From NCBI GenBank assembly GCA_934086395.1, contig CAKOIE010000002.1, positions 14,678-78,677 on the forward strand: 64,000 nucleotides of DNA, read 5' to 3'. The position numbers and the translations under genes were made by a program. A model generated the notes under the pieces. It did no database searches. It was not told the DNA's origin and saw only the letters and a program-made list of their open reading frames with translations. This stretch comes from an uncultured Bacilli bacterium. Its GTDB lineage: Bacteria; Bacillota_I; Bacilli_A; RF39; UBA660. Below are positions 49,912-60,098 of this stretch, piece after piece (positions within the stretch are counted from its first letter, which is position 1; each line of letters opens with the position of its first letter).

Positions 49912-50610
49912 CTATAACTCCTTTAAACTCTTTCCAGATAGTTCAACAGTCTTTCTAGCAAGAACAGTTAAACTATCAACAACATCACTATAATTTATTT
50001 TTAAGTAACTATAAACAACTGATAATTCAGTACAACCTAATATTATTTTTTCACAACCATTTTCCCTAAAGTAATTTAAAATTTCATCAAATTCTTTTAA
50101 TGAAACAACCATATTTTTTTTAACTTTATCATAAATAATACTCATAACTTTTGCTTGATACTTATCATCTGGTACAAATAACAAATCATTATTAATAAAC
50201 TTATGATAAGCACCAGATTTAATAGTACCATCAGTTGCCATAAGACCAATTCTTTTAGGATTATCCTTTAAAACAACTTTACTAGTTTCTTCTAAAATAT
50301 TAATAACCTTGGCGCTAACTTCTTTTTGAACCTCATCAAAGAAATAACTAGCCGTATTACAAGGAATAACAATATATTTGCATCCCTCTCTATCAAGTAA
50401 TTTAGCACAATCAACCATTTCAGATACTGGGCTATCATCTGATTTACCAAGAATAAAACTAGTTCTATCAGGAATACTTGAATACTGACAAACTAACATA
50501 TCAACATTATCTTGATCACTTTCACTAACCGTATTATCTATAACTAAATCCATAAAATAAGTTGTCGCTTTAGGTCCTAATCCTCCAATAACACCAATTA
50601 AATTATTCAT
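49912..50610 (-). CDS. Aspartate/glutamate racemase family protein
   Basis: 'IGVIGGLGPKAT' N-terminus with two conserved Cys regions. Overlaps the ATP-grasp gene by 8 nt. Confidence 0.7.
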   Translation of the reverse strand: MNNLIGVIGGLGPKATTYFMDLVIDNTVSESDQDNVDMLVCQYSSIPDRTSFILGKSDDSPVSEMVDCAKLLDREGCKYIVIPCNTASYFFDEVQKEVSAKVINILEETSKVVLKDNPKRIGLMATDGTIKSGAYHKFINNDLLFVPDDKYQAKVMSIIYDKVKKNMVVSLKEFDEILNYFRENGCEKIILGCTELSVVYSYLKINYSDVVDSLTVLARKTVELSGKSLKEL

Positions 50611-51820
50611 AATATTTCCTGAACTTTCTAATATGATTAATCAAAGCACCAACAATATAATATTTTCTCTTTAAACTAAAATCTTTCTTATAATCTAGTG
50701 GATTATTTTTCTTTAATTTTTTAGCAACTTTAACTAATTCTTTATCTTTACAATATTTTTTAATAATACTAAAAGGAATAATACTATAAAGTTCACATCC
50801 TTCTTGCTTATATGTTTTATCATGTATATCATAAATAAAAGTATCTACAAGTGGTGCTAAATAATTCGTATTACCTGCTCCCATATAAAAGTTACTTCTA
50901 CCAAGTCTTACATTAACCTCAAAGAAATAAAATTCTTTAGTATCATCATCATACTTAATATCAAAATTAGCATAACCTACATATTTGGTTTCTTTAATAA
51001 ATTTTTTAGCTGCTTCTACAATTTTTTCATCTTCCGTATTATATATAGCTGAATAATTTCCAGTTACATCGGGCCCTTTTTCCTCTAATAAAACCCTACC
51101 AACTGATGAAAATATAACATTACTATTTTGATCAGCAAAGCAAGTTAAAACTCTCATATTAGCATCTGATCCTTTAATATATTCTTGAACAACTACTGTA
51201 TCATCATAACCAGAAGCAAATAACCTTTTCATAATTTCTTTATATTCTTCTAAAGATTTAAATAAAAATACCTTCTCTTTTCCTTCAAAACTAAGTCTTT
51301 GATACATTGCTTTATTACTTACTTTAGCTATAAAAGGACACTTAAAACTTATCTTAGTTTTATCATAATCATTCTTATCAACCACAATAGTTTTAGGATA
51401 ATTAATACCTACTTTTTCACATATATCATAAAATCCCTCTTTAGAAGAAACTTTAACTAAAGTATCATAATCAATAGTAGGTACAACATAATAATTACTT
51501 AATTTATCTTTATTTCTAATAATAATTTCAACATAATCTTCACTACATCCAAAAAGTAACAACTTTTTATCTTCATATTTACTTTTAAGTTCTATTAAAA
51601 AATCAATTAATTTTTCTTCTGTCATATTATCAATAGTAAGTACATCTGTTATTTTAGAATATTTAGTCATCCAATAAGTATATTTTCCAATAACAATTGA
51701 TTTAATCTTATAATGCTCATAAATAGTTCTTGCAACACTATAAGCACCTACATCTATTCCTAATATTACTGGTATAAAATCATTATTCATCCTATCACTA
51801 CCTCTAAAATTATTATACAC
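50603..51820 (-). CDS. ATP-grasp domain protein (carboxylate-amine ligase-like)
   Basis: ATP-grasp fold signature region ('YANFDIKYDDDTKEFYFFEVNVRLGRS'). Confidence 0.6.
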   Translation of the reverse strand: MYNNFRGSDRMNNDFIPVILGIDVGAYSVARTIYEHYKIKSIVIGKYTYWMTKYSKITDVLTIDNMTEEKLIDFLIELKSKYEDKKLLLFGCSEDYVEIIIRNKDKLSNYYVVPTIDYDTLVKVSSKEGFYDICEKVGINYPKTIVVDKNDYDKTKISFKCPFIAKVSNKAMYQRLSFEGKEKVFLFKSLEEYKEIMKRLFASGYDDTVVVQEYIKGSDANMRVLTCFADQNSNVIFSSVGRVLLEEKGPDVTGNYSAIYNTEDEKIVEAAKKFIKETKYVGYANFDIKYDDDTKEFYFFEVNVRLGRSNFYMGAGNTNYLAPLVDTFIYDIHDKTYKQEGCELYSIIPFSIIKKYCKDKELVKVAKKLKKNNPLDYKKDFSLKRKYYIVGALINHIRKFRKYYE

Positions 51821-51867
51821 GTATATTAAAAAAGAATAAAGCCATAATTATAAATGGAGGAAAAATA

Positions 51868-52080
51868 ATGAAAAAAGTACCATGCATGTTATCTACTAAA
51901 GATACATCTTACATTGAAGATATGTTTAACTGGAATATAACAGCATATCAAAAATGTGAAGAATATTTAAAAAAAGTAACTAACAAAGAACTACAATCAG
52001 AACTTAAAAAAATAAGTAAAATGCATTATAAAAATTGTGATAAGTTAGTTAAATATATAGGAGGTTTTATTAATGAATGA
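51868..52080 (+). CDS. Small spore-coat-associated protein (partner of the CotF-like protein)
   Basis: 70 aa. Overlaps the downstream CotF-like ORF by 8 nt. Confidence 0.4.
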   Translation: MKKVPCMLSTKDTSYIEDMFNWNITAYQKCEEYLKKVTNKELQSELKKISKMHYKNCDKLVKYIGGFINE

Positions 52081-52330
52081 TAAATTTATTCTATATGATA
52101 TGTTAAATACTGAAAAAAACATGAAAATAAATACAGCAACTGCTTTAAATGAAGCATCATGTGATGAAATATATGATTTATATCATGAAATGTTTGAAGA
52201 TATCTCAACATCTGCCAAAAACTTATTTACCATTGGCTTTAATAATAATTGGTACACCTTAGAAGAAACAAACCAAACTAAAATTAAAGAAAGCCATACT
52301 AAACTAAAGAATTCTTTAAAAGAAGAATAA
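52073..52330 (+). CDS. Spore coat protein F (Coat_F domain) family
   Basis: 'DMLNTEKNMKINTATALNEASCDEIYDLYHEMFEDISTSAKNLFTIGFNNNWY' matches the Coat F pattern. Confidence 0.55.
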   Translation: MNDKFILYDMLNTEKNMKINTATALNEASCDEIYDLYHEMFEDISTSAKNLFTIGFNNNWYTLEETNQTKIKESHTKLKNSLKEE

Positions 52331-52333
52331 TAC

Positions 52334-52372
52334 TTAAAAAAGATACTTGTATATTTATTCAAGTATCTTTAA
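52334..52372. terminator. Bidirectional terminator AGATACTTG..CAAGTATCT
   Basis: 9-bp stem flanked by an A-run and a T-run. Sits between the CotF-like gene and the paralog-2 gene. Confidence 0.5.
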
Positions 52373-52382
52373 TTATTTCTTT

Positions 52383-53978
52383 TCATTCCAAAGTATATGC
52401 ATTTTCTATGCTTTCTCCTGTTCCTCCAGCTAACACGACATCAGATTTCAAGAAAAGGGCTGGACGAACGGAATATTTATAATGAGTATAACTATTACTA
52501 ACACTTCCATCAGTAGTAATTTCAAAACATGCATAGCCGGAACTTGGAGATAATGTCCAAGATCTATTTTTATCATATAGCCAATTATATGCTGTATTAT
52601 CGCAATTATATAAATTATTTCTACACTCAATTTTTGTTGATGCATAGCCATAATCACTAGGATAAATTAAAGCAATTTTTCCATCCCAATAATTAGTTCT
52701 TGTTATTCCGTCTGTGGGATTACTAATATGCAAAATATCTCTTTCATAATTATATGCTTTTATAGTTGGAATATCATCGTACTCATAAATTCCACCAAAG
52801 TTCCATCTTACTGTTGCAATTTTACCTATTGAACTATTTTTTATATTTTTAACATATTTATAGATTGCTGTTTTTTCGTTATTTAATCCATTATACCATT
52901 TAGTTTCACCAGTAATTTTGTTTGATAAATATCCATCAGCAATAGCATCTCGACAATATTTTGGATTACCACTCCCATCACAATTAAGTTCATACATTAA
53001 ATCAGCTTGACTCCACTCATTAATTCCCTTTCCCTCATTAACACTTGATTCAGAGCTATCCCATGAATAATTTCCTAGTGGATCATCTCTTACTATTTTT
53101 ACAAGTGATTCCTTCTTTTCTTTACCTTTCTCATCTATTGAAGTTATATTATTAAATACTCCAACTATTCTCCATATTTCATCATTAAATTTTAGATAGT
53201 TCTTTGGTGATGCTCCTACATACCTTAAGTTTTTATCTGGTGTAACATCTTCTTCTAATCCATTTTTAGTTTTATCTAATTTTGTTAAATAAGTTGAAAT
53301 ATATTTTGGTTCATAATTTACTACTACTTTACCATTAAATGTTTTTCCTTTTTCTGAGTCTTGGTTTTCATTATTATCAGGAAATTGTATTATTAAATTG
53401 AATTTTATAGTTTGTTCAGTCTTTAAAGCAGGAAATACTCCGGTTACCATTTCTGTATATTTACTTCCGTTTTTAAATGTTCCATGAGTATATCCTGTAT
53501 ATGTATCATTTCCTGGTACTGTTTGATTTTTATAATCATCTTCTTTTTTACCTGGTTCAGGTGTTATTACATAATTTGCTGTTACTTGTGAGTTTGTCTC
53601 TCCTTCAACTTCTTTTATATAATAATGTATCATTCCATCACTAAAGGTTGAGGTATATTGTACTCCTACTTTATATGGCATTGGAAGTCCATCACCAGTC
53701 TTCATTCCTACAGTCGTATTTGATCCAGTTAATGTAAATGTTTTAGCAACTATAATGTCATTACTTGGCACAATATTTTTACTTGTTAATATATCACTTG
53801 TTCCATCAGTATAACTAATAGTCATCTTTCCTCCTATTACTTCTACTATTGATGTACTTCCATTATTATTTGTTGATGTAAAAAAAGCATATGTTATTCC
53901 TGAAAACATCATTAATAATATTAATAATGTTCCAATCATTACATATACTTTTGCTCTTTCATTCTTAACCTTATTCAT
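52383..53978 (-). CDS. Secreted protein with a TasA/camelysin-like SipW-cognate signal peptide and a conserved C-terminal domain (paralog 2)
   Basis: N-terminus 'VYVMIGTLLILLMMFSGITYAFFTS'. The C-terminal half is about 80% identical to paralog 1. The N-terminal 90 aa are nearly identical to paralog 3. Confidence 0.6.
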   Translation of the reverse strand: MNKVKNERAKVYVMIGTLLILLMMFSGITYAFFTSTNNNGSTSIVEVIGGKMTISYTDGTSDILTSKNIVPSNDIIVAKTFTLTGSNTTVGMKTGDGLPMPYKVGVQYTSTFSDGMIHYYIKEVEGETNSQVTANYVITPEPGKKEDDYKNQTVPGNDTYTGYTHGTFKNGSKYTEMVTGVFPALKTEQTIKFNLIIQFPDNNENQDSEKGKTFNGKVVVNYEPKYISTYLTKLDKTKNGLEEDVTPDKNLRYVGASPKNYLKFNDEIWRIVGVFNNITSIDEKGKEKKESLVKIVRDDPLGNYSWDSSESSVNEGKGINEWSQADLMYELNCDGSGNPKYCRDAIADGYLSNKITGETKWYNGLNNEKTAIYKYVKNIKNSSIGKIATVRWNFGGIYEYDDIPTIKAYNYERDILHISNPTDGITRTNYWDGKIALIYPSDYGYASTKIECRNNLYNCDNTAYNWLYDKNRSWTLSPSSGYACFEITTDGSVSNSYTHYKYSVRPALFLKSDVVLAGGTGESIENAYTLE

Positions 53979-54004
53979 TTTTATTTCACCTAACCTATAG
54001 TGAA

Positions 54005-54032
54005 ATTATATTACTAAAAGCCCCCCCGTCAA
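54005..54032 (-). promoter_or_regulatory. Strong sigma-A-type promoter for paralog 2 (TTGACG, 16-nt spacer, TATAAT) with a downstream inverted repeat TTTCAC-N10-GTGAAA
   Basis: Consensus hexamers on the minus strand. The inverted repeat at 53984..54005 is conserved upstream of paralog 3 at 55725..55746. Confidence 0.5.
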
Positions 54033-54145
54033 GCGAAAACTTGTTCTATTTTTTATAAATTTTTAAATTAATATACATTTTATGCTGCATACATTCCTTT
54101 TATCAAATTAATAAATATAAAAGGCAAAAGTAAATTAACAGTATC

Positions 54146-55720
54146 TTATAAACTTAATTTATAAGGATTTGTCTTCTCTCCTGTTCCAGTTATAAATGAT
54201 ATATTGGACTTTAAATAAATTGAAGGGAAAACATAGTATAAATAATATGAATGATTTTCAATAATTGCACCACCAACCGAAACAAAAAATATATAGCTAG
54301 AAATACCATAATAAGGAGATAAAGTCCAATAATTAGCTGCATTAAATAGCCAATTATTAGTTTTACATACACCTTTAGAATAATTCCACTTATCAGTCAC
54401 ATTATCATATATTATACCACCTCTTAAATTATCTCTACATTCAATACCTGTTGAAGCAAAGCCATAATCACTTGAATAAATTAATCCAACCTTACCTACC
54501 CATTCAGTAGGACGACTATTTTGATAGGTTATTGTTCCTCTTTCTTTACTATATTGATCTAATAATGGCAACCCGTAAGGCCTACTATAAGGATTACTAT
54601 ATCCATTTCCTCCAATATTCCACACACTTTCACTTATCATATTTTGATAATTACTTTTTATAACTTTAGTATAATCAAATACTCCATTTTGGCGAAGTAC
54701 GGGTTTTCCTGATTCCAAATATGAATTATACCAATTAGTCTTATTTGAAGTTATGGTTGTATCTAAATAATCACCATTTAATTCTTTCATCAAGTCTGCT
54801 TCTGTCCAATTATTAAATCCATAATTATCATTTCCAGTTGCATCCCATGAATATGCTCCTAATGATTCATCTCTAACTAATTTAATCTTTCTTTCTATCT
54901 TTCCTGTTGAATCTTTTACGTTAAATATACCACCTATTCTCCATAGTTCTCCTGTGTTAGCAAACTCAACATAATTATTTGGATTAGCTCCTGTATATCT
55001 TAAGTTTACATCACTTGTATTATCTATAAATAATCCACTTGTTGATACTTCATTTGTTTTTTCTTCTTTATCATAAAGAGCCATTAATGTATCTGTTGCA
55101 GACTCTTTATGATTTACAACTATCTTTCCTGTTAGACTTTTTCCTTTTTCACTATCTTGGTTTAATCCATTATCAGGAAATTGTAGTTTTAAATTAAATG
55201 TAATTGTTTGATTTGTTGTATTTGTTTTAAACTCTTCTGTTGCTAGTTCTAAATATCTATTACCTTTTTTAAGTGTTCCAGTAGTATATCCTGTTTCTGA
55301 GGTGTTACCTGGTATTGTTTGATTTGCTGTTCCAACTAGATTACTTGATACATTATCATTTGCACTCGTTCTTTTTATATAATAATGAATCATTCCATCA
55401 CTAAAGCCTGATATATAATCTAGTCCCACTTCATATGGCATTTCTAAACCACTTGTCGTATTTGTTCCTGTTAATGTAAATGTTTTATTTATTATAATGT
55501 CATTACTTGGCATAATATTTTTACTAGTTAATATATCACTAGTTCCATCAGTATAAGTAATGATCATCTTACCTCCTGTTACTTCTACTATTGATGTACT
55601 TCCATTATTATTTGTTGATGTAAAAAAAGCATATGTTATTCCTGAAAACATCATTAATAATATTAATAATGTTCCAATCATTACATATACTTTTACTCTT
55701 TCATTCTTAACTTTATTCAT
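54146..55720 (-). CDS. Secreted protein with a TasA/camelysin-like SipW-cognate signal peptide and a conserved C-terminal domain (paralog 3)
   Basis: N-terminus identical in type to paralog 2. More diverged C-terminus '..WTLSPYYG...GTGEKTNPYKLSL'. Confidence 0.6.
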   Translation of the reverse strand: MNKVKNERVKVYVMIGTLLILLMMFSGITYAFFTSTNNNGSTSIVEVTGGKMIITYTDGTSDILTSKNIMPSNDIIINKTFTLTGTNTTSGLEMPYEVGLDYISGFSDGMIHYYIKRTSANDNVSSNLVGTANQTIPGNTSETGYTTGTLKKGNRYLELATEEFKTNTTNQTITFNLKLQFPDNGLNQDSEKGKSLTGKIVVNHKESATDTLMALYDKEEKTNEVSTSGLFIDNTSDVNLRYTGANPNNYVEFANTGELWRIGGIFNVKDSTGKIERKIKLVRDESLGAYSWDATGNDNYGFNNWTEADLMKELNGDYLDTTITSNKTNWYNSYLESGKPVLRQNGVFDYTKVIKSNYQNMISESVWNIGGNGYSNPYSRPYGLPLLDQYSKERGTITYQNSRPTEWVGKVGLIYSSDYGFASTGIECRDNLRGGIIYDNVTDKWNYSKGVCKTNNWLFNAANYWTLSPYYGISSYIFFVSVGGAIIENHSYYLYYVFPSIYLKSNISFITGTGEKTNPYKLSL

Positions 55721-55908
55721 TTTCTTTCACCTAACCTACAGTGAAATTATACTCCTAAACGCCCCATCAATTTACATTTTATTTACTTTTATTTTACACG
55801 TTTGACATATTTTATAACTTTATTCAAAATTATTTTAAAAAAATATAATTTTTATTAAATTTTGCTATTGAATTTCTAAAATGAGTATGATAATATAATC
55901 TTGTTCTT

Positions 55909-55985
55909 GGGGAATTAGCTCAGTTGGCTAGAGCATCTGCCTTGCACGCAGAGGGTCAAGGGTTCGAGTCCCTTATTCTCCACCA
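55909..55985 (+). tRNA. tRNA-Ala (anticodon UGC)
   Basis: GGGGAAT acceptor with a G3:U70 pair, anticodon loop CUUGCAC, T-loop GGTTCGAGTCC and a CCA end. Promoter-like TTGCTA/TATAAT upstream. Confidence 0.9.
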
Positions 55986-56046
55986 ATGAATAAACTAAAC
56001 TCAAGTCGAATAGATTTGAGTTTTTATTTTAAGGAGTATGAATTAA

Positions 56047-56643
56047 ATGAACAAAAAAGATATATTATTAGATGTGGATGAAGTTATATGTTTTTCTGGT
56101 TATTTAGAAGCCGTAAATGATTTTTTAAATACTAACTACACCATAGATGATTTTAACAGTTATTACATTGATGAAAAAGTTATACCTAAAGATAGATTTA
56201 ATGAATTTAATGAATTTGTAAGTAAAAGAAATCTCTATAATTATACTTCTTTACTTCCAGATTCAATTGAAACAGTAAAAAAATTAAGTGAAAAATATAA
56301 TATTTATATATGTTCTGCTTGCATCAATCCCTTTGATTTAGATAACTCTGGAATTCAATTTAAAAATAAATATGATTTCTTAAGAAAAAATTTACCATTT
56401 CTAGACCCTAGAAATTTTATATTAACTAGTTCAAAACATATGGTAAAAGCCGATATCCAAATAGATGATTGCTTATCCAACTTTGATAACGATGTTAATC
56501 TTAAAATTCTTTTTCCCTCATATCATAATAAAACTATTGATGAAAAATTACTAAAAGAAAAAAATATTATTAGAGCTGGATATAACTGGAAAACAGGATG
56601 GCAAGAAGTATCTAAAATATTACTTGAAAAAGAAAATAATTAA
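56047..56643 (+). CDS. HAD-family 5'(3')-deoxyribonucleotidase-like protein
   Basis: N-terminal 'ILLDVDEV' DxDxV motif of HAD phosphatases. Confidence 0.55.
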   Translation: MNKKDILLDVDEVICFSGYLEAVNDFLNTNYTIDDFNSYYIDEKVIPKDRFNEFNEFVSKRNLYNYTSLLPDSIETVKKLSEKYNIYICSACINPFDLDNSGIQFKNKYDFLRKNLPFLDPRNFILTSSKHMVKADIQIDDCLSNFDNDVNLKILFPSYHNKTIDEKLLKEKNIIRAGYNWKTGWQEVSKILLEKENN

Positions 56644-56679
56644 GCCATAAATTGGCTTTTTTATGTGTAAAGTTATAAA

Positions 56680-57924
56680 TTGTATCTTGTTTCATATCAT
56701 AATAATATAGTAAAATTTTATTGTAAGGACGTGATATATATAAGAATAGTAGGAACATGTGTAAGAGGAATAAGAACACCCATTATTAAAGAAGGAGATG
56801 ACTTAGCTGCCATTGTTGTAAATTCTTTATTAGAGGCAAGTAAAGAACATAACTTTACATTTAATGATAAAGATATTGTTGGTATAACTGAAGCAGTTGT
56901 CGGCATAAGTGAAGGAAATTATGTAACAATAGATGATATTGCAACCGACATATCATCTAAATTTAATACTAAAGAAATTGGAATAGTTTATCCAATATTA
57001 TCTAGAAATCGTTTTTCTAATATCTTAAAAGGAATAGCTAGAAATATGGATAAAATAACAATTCAATTATCTTTTCCAGCTGACGAAGTTGGAAATGGCA
57101 TCCTAGATGAAAATAAACTAGATAATAGTAACTTTAATTTAGGAAGTTCGTTTACTGAAAAAGAATACAATGAATACTTTGGTGACTGGATTCACCCATT
57201 TACTGGTATCAATATGGTTAAATTTTATAAGGAATTATGTGAAAAAGAAAATTGTAAAACTGAATTTATCTTCTCTAATAATCCATTAGAAATTTTAAAG
57301 TATACTAATAACGTAATAAATTGTGATATTCACACTAGAGAAAAAACTAAAAATATGTTAATGCATCATAATGCGAATGTTTATTCTTTAACAGATATCT
57401 TAAACAAACCAATTAACAACTCTGGATTTAACCCTGAATATGGATTATTAGGTTCAAATAAATCTACCGAAGAAAAGTTAAAGTTATTCCCTAAAACAGG
57501 AAATATTTTAGTCCACAGAATTCAAAATTTATTAAAAGAAAAAACCGGTAAAACAATTGAAGTAATGGTTTATGGAGATGGTGCCTTTAAAGATCCAATT
57601 GGAAAAATTTGGGAACTTGCTGATCCAGTTGTATCCCCTGCTTTTACTGATGGTCTTATTGGAACTCCAAACGAAATAAAATTAAAATATGTAGCAGATA
57701 ACAAATATGCCGATTTAACAGGCAATGATCTAAAAAAAGCTATTATTAATGAAATAAAAGCAAAACAAAATAACCTTGTAGGACAAAATATATCTTTAGG
57801 AACAACTCCTAGAAGAATTACAGACTTAGTTGGATCATTATGTGATTTAACCAGTGGTTCTGGGGATAAAGGAACACCAGTTGTTCTAATTCAAGGATAT
57901 TTTGATAATCTATCAAATGAATAA
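56680..57924 (+). CDS. CofE-like (F420-0:gamma-glutamyl ligase family) domain protein
   Basis: 'GIRTPIIKEGDDLAAIVVNSLLEA' matches the CofE N-terminal motif. The true start may lie downstream of 56680, because the annotated ATG is preceded by a poor RBS. Confidence 0.5.
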   Translation: MYLVSYHNNIVKFYCKDVIYIRIVGTCVRGIRTPIIKEGDDLAAIVVNSLLEASKEHNFTFNDKDIVGITEAVVGISEGNYVTIDDIATDISSKFNTKEIGIVYPILSRNRFSNILKGIARNMDKITIQLSFPADEVGNGILDENKLDNSNFNLGSSFTEKEYNEYFGDWIHPFTGINMVKFYKELCEKENCKTEFIFSNNPLEILKYTNNVINCDIHTREKTKNMLMHHNANVYSLTDILNKPINNSGFNPEYGLLGSNKSTEEKLKLFPKTGNILVHRIQNLLKEKTGKTIEVMVYGDGAFKDPIGKIWELADPVVSPAFTDGLIGTPNEIKLKYVADNKYADLTGNDLKKAIINEIKAKQNNLVGQNISLGTTPRRITDLVGSLCDLTSGSGDKGTPVVLIQGYFDNLSNE

Positions 57925-57957
57925 AACATGGAAATTCAAATCCATGTTTTTATTTTT

Positions 57958-58614
57958 TTAATCTCTATCTCCAAATATTTTAATTAATCTTATTACTTCT
58001 AGTGCTGAAGATAATACTCCGGCAACATATGTTAAAGCTGCACTAACAAGCATTGTCTTTGTTCCATCTGTATCATCACCATATCCACATTCTCTTAAAT
58101 TATTTTGGGCTCTTTTAGAAGCATTAATTTCTGTTGGTAAAGTAACTAATTGGAATAATAAACCAAGTCCAACAAGGGCAATACCTAAAGTAATTAAATC
58201 CATAGTTTCTAAAAGTAATCCAATAACTAAAACAACATACGCAAACTTAGTACCCAAGCTAACAACTGGAAAGATAAAACTTCTTAATCTTAAAAAGAAA
58301 TACCCATCTTTATCCTGAATAGCATGTCCACATTCATGAGCAGCTATAGCCATCGAAGCAATACTGCTTCCATTATATACTTCTTTAGATAATCTAACAG
58401 TCTTTCTTTTAGGATCATAGTGATCACTTAAAGTCCCCGTAGTTTCTACAACATAAATATCATTTAAACCATTATCATCTAATATTCTTCTAGCAACATC
58501 ATATCCAGAAACATTACTAGAATTTTTAATCTTTTTATATCTTCCATATGTTACTGAAATATAAATTTGAGCAGCCATAGGAATTAACAACATAAGTAAA
58601 TACATATAATCCAT
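57958..58614 (-). CDS. YugP-like membrane zinc metallopeptidase
   Basis: 'AAHECGHAIQD' HExxH-type motif. Overall resemblance to B. subtilis YugP. Confidence 0.7.
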   Translation of the reverse strand: MDYMYLLMLLIPMAAQIYISVTYGRYKKIKNSSNVSGYDVARRILDDNGLNDIYVVETTGTLSDHYDPKRKTVRLSKEVYNGSSIASMAIAAHECGHAIQDKDGYFFLRLRSFIFPVVSLGTKFAYVVLVIGLLLETMDLITLGIALVGLGLLFQLVTLPTEINASKRAQNNLRECGYGDDTDGTKTMLVSAALTYVAGVLSSALEVIRLIKIFGDRD

Positions 58615-58617
58615 ACT

Positions 58618-60066
58618 TTATACCTCCTCGTAAGTAGTTCCCTCTCTAGTATCAATTAATTTAATACCATTACTATATAATTCATCTCTTATTGAATCAG
58701 CTAATTCATAATTTTTACTCTTCTTTGCCTTATCCCTTTTTTCAATTAATTTCATAATTAAATCATGATCTTCTCTCTTAGTCACATCTTTCTTTAATAA
58801 ATCAAGTGCTAAAACCCTATCAAAAGATCTAATAAGTTCAATTTTAGTAGTACCATTAACAGTTTCATCTTTAAGTAAAGAATAAATAACTGTGATCGCA
58901 TTAGCGCTATTTAAATCATCAGTAATACAAGCAGTAAATAAATTAGTATAGTTTTCAAAATCGCCATCACTAAGAATTCCCTCTTCTTTTAAATTAGCAA
59001 TCTTATTCTTTAATTTCTTATATTCATTTTCTGCCGCATTAAGAGCATCAAAAGAAAATATTAATTGTTTACGATAATGACTATTTAAACACATATATCT
59101 AAATGACAAAGGATTATATCCTTTATTAATTAAACTATCAACAGTAACAACATCACCATGACTCTTACTCATCTTACCATCAATACTCATTAAATGTTCC
59201 GTATGTACCCAGTAACTGCACCACTTATGTCCTAAATAAGCTTCACTTTGAGCAATCTCATTAGTATGATGAGGAAAAATATTATCAACACCACCAGTAT
59301 GAATATCTAAATATTCACCTAAATTTTTAATTGATATACCAGAGCATTCAATATGCCATCCAGGGTAACCTGTTCCAAAAGGAGAATCCCATTTAAGTTC
59401 TTGATCTTCAAACTTACTTTTAGTAAACCATAAAGCAAAGTCAGCCTGATTTTTCTTATTACCATCAAACTCTACTCCATCTCTTACCCCAACAACCATT
59501 TCATCTTCCTTATGATTAGTTAGTTTATAATAATCATCTAATTTAGAAACATCAAAATAAACATTACCACCAGCTTGATAAGCATAACCATCCCTAAGTA
59601 ACTTCTCTATAATTTTAATATACATATCAATATTATCACTCGCATTACTTACAATTTCTGGTCTCTTACAATTTAAAGCATCAAAATCCTTAAAAAAAGC
59701 ATCAGTATAAAATTTAGCTATATCTAAAACACTTTTATGTTCCTTCTTAGCACTAGCAACCATTTTATCTTCTCCAGAATCAGAATCACTCTTTAAATGA
59801 CCAACATCTGTAATATTCATACATCTTTCAACTTTATAACCAATATATCTTAAAGTCCTATCCAATAAATCATTACATACATAATTTCTTAAATTACCAA
59901 TATGTGCATAATGATACACAGTAGGACCACAAGAATAAAAAGTAACCCTATCTTTATTATAAGGTGCGAATTCCTCTATTTTTCTAGTTAAAGTATTATA
60001 TATCTTCATAATTACCTCCTTCATATACCTAATTTTATCATTTATAATCAAAAAATTAAACAACAT
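58618..60066 (-). CDS. cysS: Cysteine--tRNA ligase
   Basis: HIGH motif 'YHYAHIGNLR', KMSKS motif 'KMSKSHGD' and the Cys-coordinating 'WHIECS' motif. Confidence 0.9.
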   Translation of the reverse strand: MLFNFLIINDKIRYMKEVIMKIYNTLTRKIEEFAPYNKDRVTFYSCGPTVYHYAHIGNLRNYVCNDLLDRTLRYIGYKVERCMNITDVGHLKSDSDSGEDKMVASAKKEHKSVLDIAKFYTDAFFKDFDALNCKRPEIVSNASDNIDMYIKIIEKLLRDGYAYQAGGNVYFDVSKLDDYYKLTNHKEDEMVVGVRDGVEFDGNKKNQADFALWFTKSKFEDQELKWDSPFGTGYPGWHIECSGISIKNLGEYLDIHTGGVDNIFPHHTNEIAQSEAYLGHKWCSYWVHTEHLMSIDGKMSKSHGDVVTVDSLINKGYNPLSFRYMCLNSHYRKQLIFSFDALNAAENEYKKLKNKIANLKEEGILSDGDFENYTNLFTACITDDLNSANAITVIYSLLKDETVNGTTKIELIRSFDRVLALDLLKKDVTKREDHDLIMKLIEKRDKAKKSKNYELADSIRDELYSNGIKLIDTREGTTYEEV

Positions 60067-60098
60067 AACTTAAAAAAGTGATTACTTTACCATAATCA

